Below are positions 1-9,808 of a DNA stretch of 64,000 nt, piece after piece (within the stretch, counting starts at the first letter, position 1; every line of letters starts with the position of its first letter). Position numbers and translations under genes: made by a program. Origin of the DNA: Candidatus Altiarchaeia archaeon (GTDB taxonomy: Archaea > Altiarchaeota > Altiarchaeia > IMC4 > QMZM01); contig JBAQYF010000031.1 in the NCBI GenBank assembly GCA_049299895.1, positions 1,627 through 65,626 of the forward strand. Reading direction: 5' to 3'. The notes under the pieces were generated by a model that was given only the letters and a program-made list of their open reading frames with translations, was not told where the DNA came from and ran no database searches.

Positions 1-1
1 G

Positions 2-648
2 GAGCTGTCGCCGGTTTCCGACGAGGAGAAGCCTTATGAGCTACCGAAGGGGTGGGAATGGGTGCGACTGAGTTCGATTTTGCGATTATGCAACTATGGT
101 ACTTCAGAAAAATCTTCCAAGTTGATCGATGGGGTTCCTGTTTTGGCTATGGGGAATATACAAAATGGGGCGATAGAATACGATAATGTGAAATATGTCT
201 CAAAGCATATTGAAGAACTGCCGGGGCGTTATCTCAAGAATGGTGATATCTTGTTCAATAGAACAAACAGCTATGAACTTGTTGGGAAAGCAGGTCTTTT
301 CGATGAACAATATGATCGATACACATTTGCATCCTACTTGATCAGAATACAGTTTTTTACGAAATATACGCTCCCCGATTTCGCTAACTACTATATGATG
401 TCGCAGACGTTCAGACAATAACAGATAGAGCCTCAGATAGTAAAGCAATGTGGACAGGCCAATTTTAATGGTACGAAATTAAAAAATACGTTGTTTCCGC
501 TTCCACCGTTATCCGAGCAGCGCCGCATCGTCGCCAAGGTCGACGAGCTTATGCGGCTCTGCGACGAGCTTGAGGCGCGGGTCAGGGAGGGGGAGAAGTA
601 TGCGGGGCTACTGCTGGATGCTATTTTAAGAGATGCGTTTGATAACTG
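2..648 (+). pseudogene. hsdS: Type I restriction-modification specificity subunit HsdS, 3' part (runs in from upstream of the window), interrupted by an in-frame TAA at 419-421
   Basis: Frame 2 is open from nt 2 (..ELPKGWEWVRLSSI..). It contains a TRD-like region and the conserved HsdS C-terminal motif NFNGTKLKNTLFPLPPLSEQRRIVAKVDELMRLCDELE. Listed ORF 62..421 ends at TAA 419-421; the same frame continues QIEPQIVKQ.. to the TGA at 646-648. Confidence 0.6.
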
Positions 649-667
649 ATTTTCTTACTAAATTTTC

Positions 668-1732
668 TTATTCCCCCAATATTTTTCCTGCTTTCTTGAA
701 TTCAGCGTAATACCTCATTAGAAAATCATGACGATTTTTTATTGAATAATCCTCTGCGCCAGCTTGTGTCAAATTCTTCTGGAACTCTAGAAGAGGGACA
801 AACTCCGGGTCAGGAAGAAATCCTTTCTTTATCTGTTCTTTGAGTTTAATATCTAAATGATTAAAGAGAAAATCATAAAAATTTGAGACTTCTTGTTCTG
901 GTTTATCTCTTTGTTTTAGTTCATCGACGACAAAAAATATGGATAACGCTAGACCTTTACTGTGAATTTTTTCTGCATAATCCCCCAGACTCGTTCCTAA
1001 GATAGCTAGAGTATTCTCAATGCCTTCTTTCTTATCAACTGGAATTGGGTTCTCAGCGTATTCATTAAAAAATTTTTTTAAGTCGTTGAATCTACATCTA
1101 GCAAAGTCTCTGTCTTTTGTATCATACCGTGAAAAATAGTTTATGCATATTTGAGCTAGTAACATTTCATCTCCAAATCTTCTTTTTGGAGATTTAATTA
1201 TTTTGAAAAACTTGGGAAATTCTTCCCCTTTTCTAAAAATAAAATCCCTCATATTCCCGGTCATAGAATTTAATTTCTCTCCTGAATTTAAGGGTTCTCC
1301 CAACTGTAATCTAAAGAATAATAAGTTTAACTCATCGTCATCTTCCAATTCATCAATTATGACGATGCTTAAAGGATACGGCTTAATCTTCGTTTGAAGC
1401 TCAGTTTTTAGTTCAGAGAAATATACCTCTTTTTCTGTTTGTTTAGACTCTTCTCGTAAGTCATGAATCGGCTTGAAACGATATTTGTTCATTAAAAATT
1501 CAGTGATCGCTTCTATTCTTTGTTGTCCGTCAACGACATCGTACCCGTCATCCGATTTATAAAAATAAAGTTTAGGGATATCAAAATCTCTCAGAATTGA
1601 GTCAATTAATGACTTCTTTTTTTCTAAACTCCATATTTTTGGATTTCTTTGGTATTCCTGAAAACTAAATTTCCCCTCTTTGAATAGATTAAAAAGTTTT
1701 TCTATGCTCCAAGATTCGATATGCTGCTTCAT
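668..1732 (-). CDS. DUF262 (ParB/Srx-like NTPase/nuclease fold, GmrSD N-terminal-type) domain protein with no DUF1524/HNH partner domain
   Basis: Hallmark DVVDGQQRIEAI motif near the N-terminus. 354 aa. Start overlaps the upstream SIR2 stop (ATGA). AT-rich. Confidence 0.7.
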   Translation of the reverse strand: MKQHIESWSIEKLFNLFKEGKFSFQEYQRNPKIWSLEKKKSLIDSILRDFDIPKLYFYKSDDGYDVVDGQQRIEAITEFLMNKYRFKPIHDLREESKQTEKEVYFSELKTELQTKIKPYPLSIVIIDELEDDDELNLLFFRLQLGEPLNSGEKLNSMTGNMRDFIFRKGEEFPKFFKIIKSPKRRFGDEMLLAQICINYFSRYDTKDRDFARCRFNDLKKFFNEYAENPIPVDKKEGIENTLAILGTSLGDYAEKIHSKGLALSIFFVVDELKQRDKPEQEVSNFYDFLFNHLDIKLKEQIKKGFLPDPEFVPLLEFQKNLTQAGAEDYSIKNRHDFLMRYYAEFKKAGKILGE

Positions 1733-2931
1733 TATGAATACCCCATAAATTTACTAAAATGAGGGTTATGCGAAGTGATTTCTATTTGTCGTGCTTCAAG
1801 TAATTCCCCTTTCATTTTTAACCAAGCTTCAAATATGTTTTGGGTGTCAGACCAGTAGTTACTTATATCAACATCTTTATTTAATTCATGTAATTTTCTC
1901 AAATCAGCCAAATCATATAGTGTTTCTAAGTTTCTCAAAAATGGATATGATTGCTTTATGTTTTGCCCTACATCATTAAAATCAATTAATTCTATATTAA
2001 ATCCCCTTTTTCCGTTTGCCAACCGTTGGGTTTGAAATAATAATTCTAACAATCCCCAATCATTCCTATTTAGCGAGCAACCAACTATTCTCAATACCTC
2101 GCAATCAATCATTATTTCTCTAGCCCTACCCCAGATCATATTATATGGATATACTTCTTTATTTTTCAATACCCCTGGTGGAATCCAATAAGTATCTGAT
2201 TCGGATAATTCAGTTATTCTATCAACCACAGATATGGGACTTGTTTTTTTCCAATTAAAAGAACCATGTAATTTTAGAAGAGGGGGTATAGCCTGGTCAA
2301 GATTCTGACTTAAAATTTTAATATTGTAATTAACACCCCCATAAACATTTCTGAATGCTAGATCAGTTAAGTCTTCATAATTTAAGGATATCACTCCATT
2401 CAAAGTTTCGTTCACCCCGGGGATTTTGTGATAATCTAACAGTGCTTGAGTTAAATGAGGGTGCAAACGGTTTTCTCCAGAAAAAAGGTTTTGTTTGAAA
2501 TAGTCCTGAAAATAGCTTTTAAGAGTTCTCGCAGCCTTTTTATATTCCGCATCATCAATAGTCTCAAACAAAGTAATGTAGTGTTCTATGTCAATACTTC
2601 GCCCATGCTTGTTCACTGACCTGCTTGAATGAATTTCAAAATATTTTTTAAGATCTTCAGCAGCTTTAGTATAATCATCTTGACCGATATCCTCAAGTAG
2701 TTTTACATAGTATTCTACATCGATTCCCGGTTCACATTCTTCACCACTTGGTTCATCATCGGTATTAACAATTAATTCATTTACGATATTTTTTAAAATA
2801 GGATCATCTCTACTTATTTTTTCAACAATTTTTTCTGTGATAGCGTCCGTGAGAAAACTTGAATCCCAAGAGGTGTAACCCCTTTCAGCCTCAGTTACTC
2901 CAGTACCAAATATATACGTAACCCTTACCAT
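1732..2931 (-). CDS. SIR2-like (SIR2_2 family) putative NADase, defence-associated
   Basis: N-terminal Rossmann motif IFGTGVT, then ISLNYEDLTDL (TTNYDxL-like), then LLKLHGSFNW (the KLHGS motif of defence sirtuins). 1-nt spacer from the upstream MTase. Confidence 0.6.
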   Translation of the reverse strand: MVRVTYIFGTGVTEAERGYTSWDSSFLTDAITEKIVEKISRDDPILKNIVNELIVNTDDEPSGEECEPGIDVEYYVKLLEDIGQDDYTKAAEDLKKYFEIHSSRSVNKHGRSIDIEHYITLFETIDDAEYKKAARTLKSYFQDYFKQNLFSGENRLHPHLTQALLDYHKIPGVNETLNGVISLNYEDLTDLAFRNVYGGVNYNIKILSQNLDQAIPPLLKLHGSFNWKKTSPISVVDRITELSESDTYWIPPGVLKNKEVYPYNMIWGRAREIMIDCEVLRIVGCSLNRNDWGLLELLFQTQRLANGKRGFNIELIDFNDVGQNIKQSYPFLRNLETLYDLADLRKLHELNKDVDISNYWSDTQNIFEAWLKMKGELLEARQIEITSHNPHFSKFMGYS

Positions 2932-2932
2932 C

Positions 2933-4165
2933 TTACTTGTGCCATATGATGATACTTTCTCTTGAAGGTTTTCTTTTATATTTCTTCATTTGTTGTGAAC
3001 TATTCCCTCTGTACCTAGCGATATAAATGTTCTGCGTTGTCAATCCTGCCTGTTCACCGATGTCCGCAAGTATTTCATCAACTGGAACATTAACGCCACA
3101 GAAACGGACATTACTTACCACGAGGGCGATCTTTCCTTTAGCCTTTAGACGTTTTTGCATCTGTGATAATGATAAGTACATGTCCTCGAAATAGCCCTCG
3201 ATCATTTCAGTCACTTTCGAATTGTTTGGGCCTCCTACCTCCACATCAGCTATTATATCACTAATTATTGATGGTTTCTTGTACCCTTTCGGCTCAAATT
3301 GCTTCTTCGCTTCAACGTGGGACCTAAGCGTGTTATACCTTATTTTCTTTAATTGGTCGTTGTTGTCAACGAAGTTAAAGATCATTTCTAGGCCGTAGAT
3401 ACGTGTATAATCGTGTCTGTTTGGGTACGGGGGCGAGGTTATTACAGCGTTGAACTTTCTGTCAGTTGGCAGCTTTCTTGAATCCCCGGTTTTCGCAATT
3501 ATTTTTGCGTTTTTGTACTTCAGAGTATCATAAAATGACTCGTAGTCCTGAATCATTTGAGCGACCTTTGCATTAAACTTAGGATACACCTCATCAGCAT
3601 TGACCTTCCGCTCAGAAATCCTTAAGAACCCTCCTGATTTGACGGTGTTACTAACGGACTCAAGGATGCTTAATAACCCCAGAGTATAAAAATCTCTGAC
3701 GTACGGGTCCCTTATTCTATCGATCTTCTCTTTTAAACTTAGTAGCTCCGTTTTTACATCTTCATTAAATGCCTTCTTGATCAGGTCTATATCAGGGAAT
3801 TCAAGGGAGGTAAACTTTAAGTTGCCATCATCCTCAAAATTCTTCAACTGTATTCGTAATTTTGTGGTGTCGTAGGTCCTGGTTTTTACATTTGATAGAA
3901 AAACAGAAAAGGGTAGGATATCGAAACCACTTGCATTGATTCCTGATTCCTTACAGGATAGCAGGGTTGTTCCTCCCCCACAGAAGCTGTCCAATACCCA
4001 AGAACCTCTCTTTAGGTCAAATTCATCTAACAGTTTTTCTACCAGTTCCTTTGAGTAACTGTGTTTAAATGCATGCCAGTTGTATAAAGGCGTCTCCTTA
4101 TCTCTGGCTGGTGAGATATATTGTCCAAAATCCTCTGTTTTTTCAATTAATTTTGAGTTGAGCAT
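2933..4165 (-). CDS. DNA amino-methyltransferase (N6-adenine or N4-cytosine; alpha-type motif order)
   Basis: Motif I DSFCGGGTT and motif IV ITSPPYPN. Paralogous to the MTase at 47697..48953 (shared YNW.., FC/DPFCGxGTT, TSPPY, C-terminal ..ES[IV][IV]I..K). Confidence 0.75.
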   Translation of the reverse strand: MLNSKLIEKTEDFGQYISPARDKETPLYNWHAFKHSYSKELVEKLLDEFDLKRGSWVLDSFCGGGTTLLSCKESGINASGFDILPFSVFLSNVKTRTYDTTKLRIQLKNFEDDGNLKFTSLEFPDIDLIKKAFNEDVKTELLSLKEKIDRIRDPYVRDFYTLGLLSILESVSNTVKSGGFLRISERKVNADEVYPKFNAKVAQMIQDYESFYDTLKYKNAKIIAKTGDSRKLPTDRKFNAVITSPPYPNRHDYTRIYGLEMIFNFVDNNDQLKKIRYNTLRSHVEAKKQFEPKGYKKPSIISDIIADVEVGGPNNSKVTEMIEGYFEDMYLSLSQMQKRLKAKGKIALVVSNVRFCGVNVPVDEILADIGEQAGLTTQNIYIARYRGNSSQQMKKYKRKPSRESIIIWHK

Positions 4166-4262
4166 GCTGTAAGTAATTTTAATAACCTATTTTAAATACT
4201 CCGAGAGGCTCCTAGAATAGTGAATAAGTAATCCATAGGGTTTGCTGACGGGTACCACTTCC

Positions 4263-5189
4263 TCAGTACCCAATCGCCTTCATCGCCGGTATGCCCCTCG
4301 CTCTTTCCTGTAAATCCTTGAATATCTTCGTCTTCCCGTGGAGGTATTTGCCTTCTTCGATGATCTCTGCTTCCGTCGCTATCTGGTGGAGGTGGTTTTC
4401 GAATTTGGTCTTGAATTGGGCTCCGAGGCCTGTGTTGTATAGTCTTTTGTGTTCGAGCATAAGTTCGTCCGTCGTGGTATAGATCAGTTGCTGCGCTCTT
4501 AATGCAAGCGAGTAATAGGTGTTTGCGATCCGCAGGAACGGTACGATCGACGTCAGCCTTAGATGTTCTATGAAGTATTTTTTGCCGTCTTTCAGGGCGT
4601 ATCCTACGACGTATGTGATCACGTCTTGTTCTTTTTCCTGCTGGATGAGTTTTTCTATTTCTATGTATGCGTTTCCTCGTTCGTATTCTTTTCCTTTGGT
4701 TTTTCTTATGAGGTGCTGTGATTCCAGGAGGTCGAAGTATTTTCTCTGATTGATCCTGAAGTTTGCAGGGTTTGCCGAGTCGTTCTTGTTTATTTTTGTG
4801 AGTATGGAGTATATGGGGTTTAGGTTGGTCTTTACAAGGGATAGTTTAGCTAAGTAGCGGTATGTGGCGTCCAGGACGATCGCTTCGGTGTCAAGGGACA
4901 GCTCATAGCGTTTTTTGTAGGCCTTGGTATACAACTCCATCCGGTCGAACCTGGATTTGGGCTTCAGGCTTCCATCAAAGTTATAGTCGTATGTGCCGAC
5001 GTTGTCGAATTTCACGTATCTTAGGTGTTCTTCTTCGCCGTCAGTGTAATTTTTTATTATCTCGGGAAAGGCTACGCCGAACGCTATCCTGTATGCGTCC
5101 TTCTCCACTCTGCTGTAATCGTTTGCATAGACCTGCGGCCCTATCTTTCTTATTATGTATTCGTCTATGACCCCTTTTGTTAGTTCCAT
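4263..5189 (-). CDS. Hypothetical protein (308 aa), no recognisable domain; coupled to the upstream peptidase
   Basis: Long ORF. Its start is 1 nt from the stop of the upstream C39-like peptidase gene. AT-rich island. Confidence 0.5.
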   Translation of the reverse strand: MELTKGVIDEYIIRKIGPQVYANDYSRVEKDAYRIAFGVAFPEIIKNYTDGEEEHLRYVKFDNVGTYDYNFDGSLKPKSRFDRMELYTKAYKKRYELSLDTEAIVLDATYRYLAKLSLVKTNLNPIYSILTKINKNDSANPANFRINQRKYFDLLESQHLIRKTKGKEYERGNAYIEIEKLIQQEKEQDVITYVVGYALKDGKKYFIEHLRLTSIVPFLRIANTYYSLALRAQQLIYTTTDELMLEHKRLYNTGLGAQFKTKFENHLHQIATEAEIIEEGKYLHGKTKIFKDLQERARGIPAMKAIGY

Positions 5190-5190
5190 T

Positions 5191-5784
5191 TTACAAATAC
5201 GGTGATATTCTTGTTTGCTTCGACTTTTGTGTAAGGCATATCATCCTGCTTTTGGACTTGGACCACGCAGAAAGGAAAGCCTTATAGTCTATTTTTCGCA
5301 TAGCCTTATAATCGTATGTTTTTTTGCTGGCGTTGTCCTCTGGATCCCATATGCAGATTTCTTCTTTGTCCTCATTGTACCCGACGACTACGACGGCATG
5401 ATATCCTATCACGTCTGGGTCTCCTTTGGCCTTTATGCCTTTAGATAGGTAGTATTCTTCTGTGTTGAGGATTACGATCGGATAGCATCCTGACACTATA
5501 GTCTCCAGAAGCTTGTTTTTTGAAACATTTATGTCCTCAGTGACGGCGATAACATGGTTTTCGAGGAGTTTCTGAAGGGAGGACTGTATGTCGTCGAGGC
5601 CTTTAGGCACGTAGGCGTTGTATTTGTCCAGCCGGTCGCTAGTAGCCTCGATGATTTTCCGCAGACTTATTTTATAGTTGAACTGGTTGTCTATTACCGT
5701 TTTTACGCATGCAGGTATACACATCATCGGTTGCTGCTGGTGCGAGGGATTCTTTAACCTGAGGAAGTGCATACGCGGAATCAT
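5191..5784 (-). CDS. Papain-like cysteine peptidase, C39-like domain (standalone)
   Basis: Catalytic-Cys context PMMCIPACVK and His motif GYHAVVVVGYNEDKEEICIWDP, matching the C39 H[YF]VV..G....I.DP pattern. Confidence 0.5.
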   Translation of the reverse strand: MIPRMHFLRLKNPSHQQQPMMCIPACVKTVIDNQFNYKISLRKIIEATSDRLDKYNAYVPKGLDDIQSSLQKLLENHVIAVTEDINVSKNKLLETIVSGCYPIVILNTEEYYLSKGIKAKGDPDVIGYHAVVVVGYNEDKEEICIWDPEDNASKKTYDYKAMRKIDYKAFLSAWSKSKSRMICLTQKSKQTRISPYL

Positions 5785-5934
5785 CTTATACTGCCGGAAT
5801 AGAGTATTTAATGTATATTATTCGAATTATGGGTTAAAGAGGTATATCTACCGATTTCGAAGGGATATACGCTACGAAGCCTAAATACAGTGTAAGAGCC
5901 GCGAAAAATGAATCTATAAGAGGATATAATCAAT

Positions 5935-7950
5935 TCACCTAATCTTCGACCCCGCCAAAACTTCCTTGTCCGGCGTGAGCAGCACCGCCTTTCCTTCTAC
6001 GTCCGCCGCGAGCAGCATGCCTTCGGACTTAACTCCGCGCAGTTCCGCAGGCTTCAGGTTGGCGACAACGGCAACTCTTTTTCCAAGGAGTTCCTCTTTT
6101 GTGTAGTAGTTCCTTATCCCGGCGACTATCTGCCTTAGAGCAGGCTCCCCTACATCGACCTTCAATACATACAACTTATCAGCCTTCGGATGCTCTGTTA
6201 CCTCTTTGATAATGCCTATGCGCAGGTCGGTCTTCTTGAACTCGTCGAATTCCAGGTAATTGATTTCATCCATTTTTGTTTCCTCTTTTTTTCCCGAGCT
6301 CAGGTATTTCTTCCCGAATGCAGCGATATCGGGATCTTCTATCTTCTTGAATAATGCAGATACCTTCCCTATATTGTGTCCTTCCGGGATGGCAAGCTCT
6401 CCCGCATCTTCCCAGCGGCATTGCGATACGTATCCCGGCAGGTTGAGCATCTTCCATATCTTCTCAGCAGTGAACGGCAGGAACGGATATGATAGTATAG
6501 CGAGCGTCCTGCACAGGTTCGCGCACAGGTAGAGCGTCGTTGCGTTCTCGTTCTTCCACGGCTCTTTCTGCTGGAAGTATTCGTTGCCGAAGTGAGCGAT
6601 ACCCATCAGTTCCTTGAGTGCGTCCAGGAACTTGAAATTAGCTATGTGCCTCCCTACTTTCTCGGGCGCTTCCCTGATAGTTTCCTGCATCTTCTCGTCG
6701 AGTGCGTCGAATTCCTTTATCTTCGGGACAACGGAGCCGTTCTTTTCTATGAACGTAAGGCCACGGTTCACATAGTTCCCGTAGGTCCCTATGAGTTCGC
6801 TGTTGGTCTTCAATTGGAAGTCTTTGAGCGAGAAATCAGCGTCCTTCTTTTCGGGGTTTATCGCCATCAGGTAATATCGGATAACGTCGGGATCATAAGC
6901 TGAAAGCGCGTCATGCAGCCACAGCACCCAGTTCCTGCTGGTGGACATCTTCTTTCCTTCCAGCGTCAAATACTCGTTACTGGATATCTGCCAGGGTAAT
7001 GTATAACCGCCGTGGGCCATGAGCATCGCGGGCCATATTATCGCATGGAACGGGATATTGTCTTTCCCGAGGAAGTGCACTATCTTTGTGTCCTCCTGCT
7101 GCCAGTACTTCTTCCATTCTTCCGGTTTTCCGATCTTCTGCGCCCATTCCTTTGTCGCGGAAATGTAACCAATCGGCGCGTCGAACCAGACATAGAGGAC
7201 TTTTCCTTTTGCTCCTTCTACCGGGACGGGAACGCCCCATGATAAGTCTCTTGTGATGGCGCGATCCTCCAGGCCGTCCTTTATCCAGCCTAATGAGAAG
7301 TTCCGGGCATTGTCGGGCCAGTGCCGGTTCTCGTCTATCCACTCATGCAGTTCCGCAGAGAACCCCGAGAGCTTGAAGAACCAGTGCTCCGTCGCCTTCA
7401 TGACCGGCGGATTACGACAGGTGATGCAGTACGACTCCTTTAATTCATGCGGCTCCAGTTGCTTTCCGCAGGCTTCGCATTGATCGCCCCGTTCGTCCTT
7501 GCTCCCACAGTGCGGACATATTCCGCGAACGTAGCGGTCGGGGATGAATCTTTTGCAGCTATTACAATAGGGTCTCTCGACCACTTTCTTGTAGATAAAG
7601 CCCTTTTCCAGGATGTCTTTGAAGAACTGCTGGGAAGTCTCATAATGAATAGGCCTCGTCGTGCGCGAGAAGTTGTCAAAGCTTATCCCAAGATCGGCAA
7701 AGGACTTTTTGATTGCTTCATGATACCGATCGACTATGACCTGCGGCGAAACCCGTTCCTTTTCTGCGGCTACCGCGATAGGCGTTCCGTGCTCGTCCGT
7801 CCCTCCGACGAAGACGACGTCGTTCCCCTTCATGCGATTATACCGGACATACAAGTCCGCAGGGATGTATGCGCCGATGGCGTGGCCTACGTGAAGCGGG
7901 CCGTTTGCATAGGGAAGAGCGGATGTTACGAGGATCCTTTCTTTTGTCAT
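5935..7950 (-). CDS. metG: Methionyl-tRNA synthetase with C-terminal EMAP/Trbp111-like tRNA-binding domain
   Basis: HIGH motif (PYANGPLHVGHA), KMSKS variant (KMSTS), zinc knuckle CPHCGS..CEACG, C-terminal tRNA-binding domain. Likely start at MTKERIL (ORF has a 15-codon N-terminal extension). Confidence 0.9.
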   Translation of the reverse strand: MTKERILVTSALPYANGPLHVGHAIGAYIPADLYVRYNRMKGNDVVFVGGTDEHGTPIAVAAEKERVSPQVIVDRYHEAIKKSFADLGISFDNFSRTTRPIHYETSQQFFKDILEKGFIYKKVVERPYCNSCKRFIPDRYVRGICPHCGSKDERGDQCEACGKQLEPHELKESYCITCRNPPVMKATEHWFFKLSGFSAELHEWIDENRHWPDNARNFSLGWIKDGLEDRAITRDLSWGVPVPVEGAKGKVLYVWFDAPIGYISATKEWAQKIGKPEEWKKYWQQEDTKIVHFLGKDNIPFHAIIWPAMLMAHGGYTLPWQISSNEYLTLEGKKMSTSRNWVLWLHDALSAYDPDVIRYYLMAINPEKKDADFSLKDFQLKTNSELIGTYGNYVNRGLTFIEKNGSVVPKIKEFDALDEKMQETIREAPEKVGRHIANFKFLDALKELMGIAHFGNEYFQQKEPWKNENATTLYLCANLCRTLAILSYPFLPFTAEKIWKMLNLPGYVSQCRWEDAGELAIPEGHNIGKVSALFKKIEDPDIAAFGKKYLSSGKKEETKMDEINYLEFDEFKKTDLRIGIIKEVTEHPKADKLYVLKVDVGEPALRQIVAGIRNYYTKEELLGKRVAVVANLKPAELRGVKSEGMLLAADVEGKAVLLTPDKEVLAGSKIR

Positions 7951-8141
7951 AAGGTATTTATTGGACTTAGACGCAGAAAAAAGCGGAGAATACAATTGAG
8001 AACCGGAGGGCAGGAAGATATGTACATTACACCCCGAGTAAAAAACTGAGTTAAATTTTAAAAAATATCAAACTATAGTTTAATAAAAATTTAAATTATC
8101 TTAAACTCTACTTTATAAATTTCTAAAACCAATTATTTAGT

Positions 8142-9569
8142 ATGGTCGGCGAAAAAACCAGGAGAAAAAAATCCAGAATGCTCAGAGAGGAACCGGGGGA
8201 AGAGCCGAAGGTCGATGGAAAGATCATTAATTTCACCGTCACGCAGGCTGATGACTTGGACGCTGCCCTGCATTTCTACAACCCCTGGTGGACGGGGGAA
8301 ATGCCAAAGTATCTGACAAAAGAATACAAAAGAGATGTATACCAGAAACTGGAAAAATACCTGGGCCTGAACCGCATAGTGATCCTCAAAGGACCCAGGA
8401 GAGTTGGAAAGACAACTCTCATGTATCAGTTGATAGAAAAGCTCGCAAAGGAAATCGACAGCAGGCAGATATTGTATGTCTCATTCGACGACCCGAAACT
8501 GAAAGACTTTGATGCGATACTTGAAAAATACCAGACAACCATACTGCAAAACAGCCTGGAAAGCAAGCAGACCTACTTTTTCCTGGACGAGGTGCAGTAC
8601 CTCAAGGACTGGCAATACCACCTCAAAAAGTACTACGACAGGAACTACCCGATAAAGTTCATAGCCTCGGGTTCGTCCGCGACCATGATAAGACAGGGCA
8701 CCGAATCACTAATGGGAAGAACCGTCGAAGAGACAATTCTCCCCTTCTCGTTCAAGGAATACATGCAGTATAAGCTGAAAAGAGTAGTAGCGATTAAGCC
8801 CGACGCAGATAGCATAGAAATAAAGAAATACGAAAAAGACGCAAAGATACTCTTCGAAGAATACGTACTGAAAGGAGGATTCCCCAACATATTCGACGTA
8901 CGGGAACCGGAACTATGGGAAAAACTGATCAAAGAAGACATAATAGACAAAGTCATATACAAAGACATAGCCACACAGTACGACATAAAGAGACCGGAAA
9001 ACCTGGAAAAACTATTCCTGTACCTGACATCGATCAACGGACAGATCCTCAACGTAAGCAACATTGCGGGCAGCCTGCAAATGAGCGTCGAATACACAAG
9101 CAAATACATACAATACCTGAAAAACAGCTATCTAATACTCGAAGCAGGGAAATACGCTGCGAGCATCGAAAAAACGATCAGATCAAGCCAGAAGGTGTAC
9201 GTGATCGACCCGGGGATCGTAAACTCGCTACTCAGCAAGACAAAGACGGATGAAGCGGGACATACTATCGAATCGGTGATAGCGGTTCACCTGCAAAGGC
9301 AGGGGCTAGAATATTATTACTGGAGAGAATACTACGAAGTGGACTTTGTAATAGAAACGAAAGAAGGACCGCTGCCGATAGAAGTGAAATACGGTAACCA
9401 CCCGACGAAAGAGGATTTGAAAGGGCTAATAAAGTTCATGGATAAATACGACTGCAAGAAGGGACTTGTGGTGACAAAAGACCTCCGGCAGACAATTGAC
9501 GCGGGCGGGAGAAAGGTTGAGTGCGTGCCTGCGTGGCTGTATCTACTCTGGGAAAACGTGAAAAGATAA
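8142..9569 (+). CDS. AAA+ ATPase of the AAA_14/DUF4143 family
   Basis: Walker A GPRRVGKTT, DUF4143-like C-terminus. Paralogous to 53308..54615. Confidence 0.7.
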   Translation: MVGEKTRRKKSRMLREEPGEEPKVDGKIINFTVTQADDLDAALHFYNPWWTGEMPKYLTKEYKRDVYQKLEKYLGLNRIVILKGPRRVGKTTLMYQLIEKLAKEIDSRQILYVSFDDPKLKDFDAILEKYQTTILQNSLESKQTYFFLDEVQYLKDWQYHLKKYYDRNYPIKFIASGSSATMIRQGTESLMGRTVEETILPFSFKEYMQYKLKRVVAIKPDADSIEIKKYEKDAKILFEEYVLKGGFPNIFDVREPELWEKLIKEDIIDKVIYKDIATQYDIKRPENLEKLFLYLTSINGQILNVSNIAGSLQMSVEYTSKYIQYLKNSYLILEAGKYAASIEKTIRSSQKVYVIDPGIVNSLLSKTKTDEAGHTIESVIAVHLQRQGLEYYYWREYYEVDFVIETKEGPLPIEVKYGNHPTKEDLKGLIKFMDKYDCKKGLVVTKDLRQTIDAGGRKVECVPAWLYLLWENVKR

Positions 9570-9575
9570 AAAAAG

Positions 9576-9800
9576 TTACCCCGTCTCCACCTTTTTTATC
9601 TCAGGCACTTCCTTTCTGATCATTGCTTCCACGTAGTTCTTCAGAGTCATCTGGGCCATGGGGCATCCCGCGCATGCGCCTTGCAGCCGGACTTTGGCTA
9701 TGTCTCCTTTGACTTCCAAAAGCTTTATGTCTCCTCCGTCCTGCTGGAGCGCCGGGCGGACCTTCTCTATTACTTTCGCAACTTTTTCTTTTGTGTCCAT
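9576..9800 (-). CDS. NifU-like Fe-S cluster assembly domain protein
   Basis: 74 aa with GACAGCPMAQMTLK (the CxxC NifU C-terminal domain signature). Confidence 0.8.
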   Translation of the reverse strand: MDTKEKVAKVIEKVRPALQQDGGDIKLLEVKGDIAKVRLQGACAGCPMAQMTLKNYVEAMIRKEVPEIKKVETG

Positions 9801-9808
9801 TTTGAGTT

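Noticed and set aside
6260-7483. Several 60-120 aa ORFs on both strands inside metG (for example 6977..7342 and 7447..8049)
   Set aside because: They are antisense or out-of-frame overlaps of a well-supported aaRS gene, with Arg/Pro-rich low-complexity translations typical of spurious GC-rich frames.
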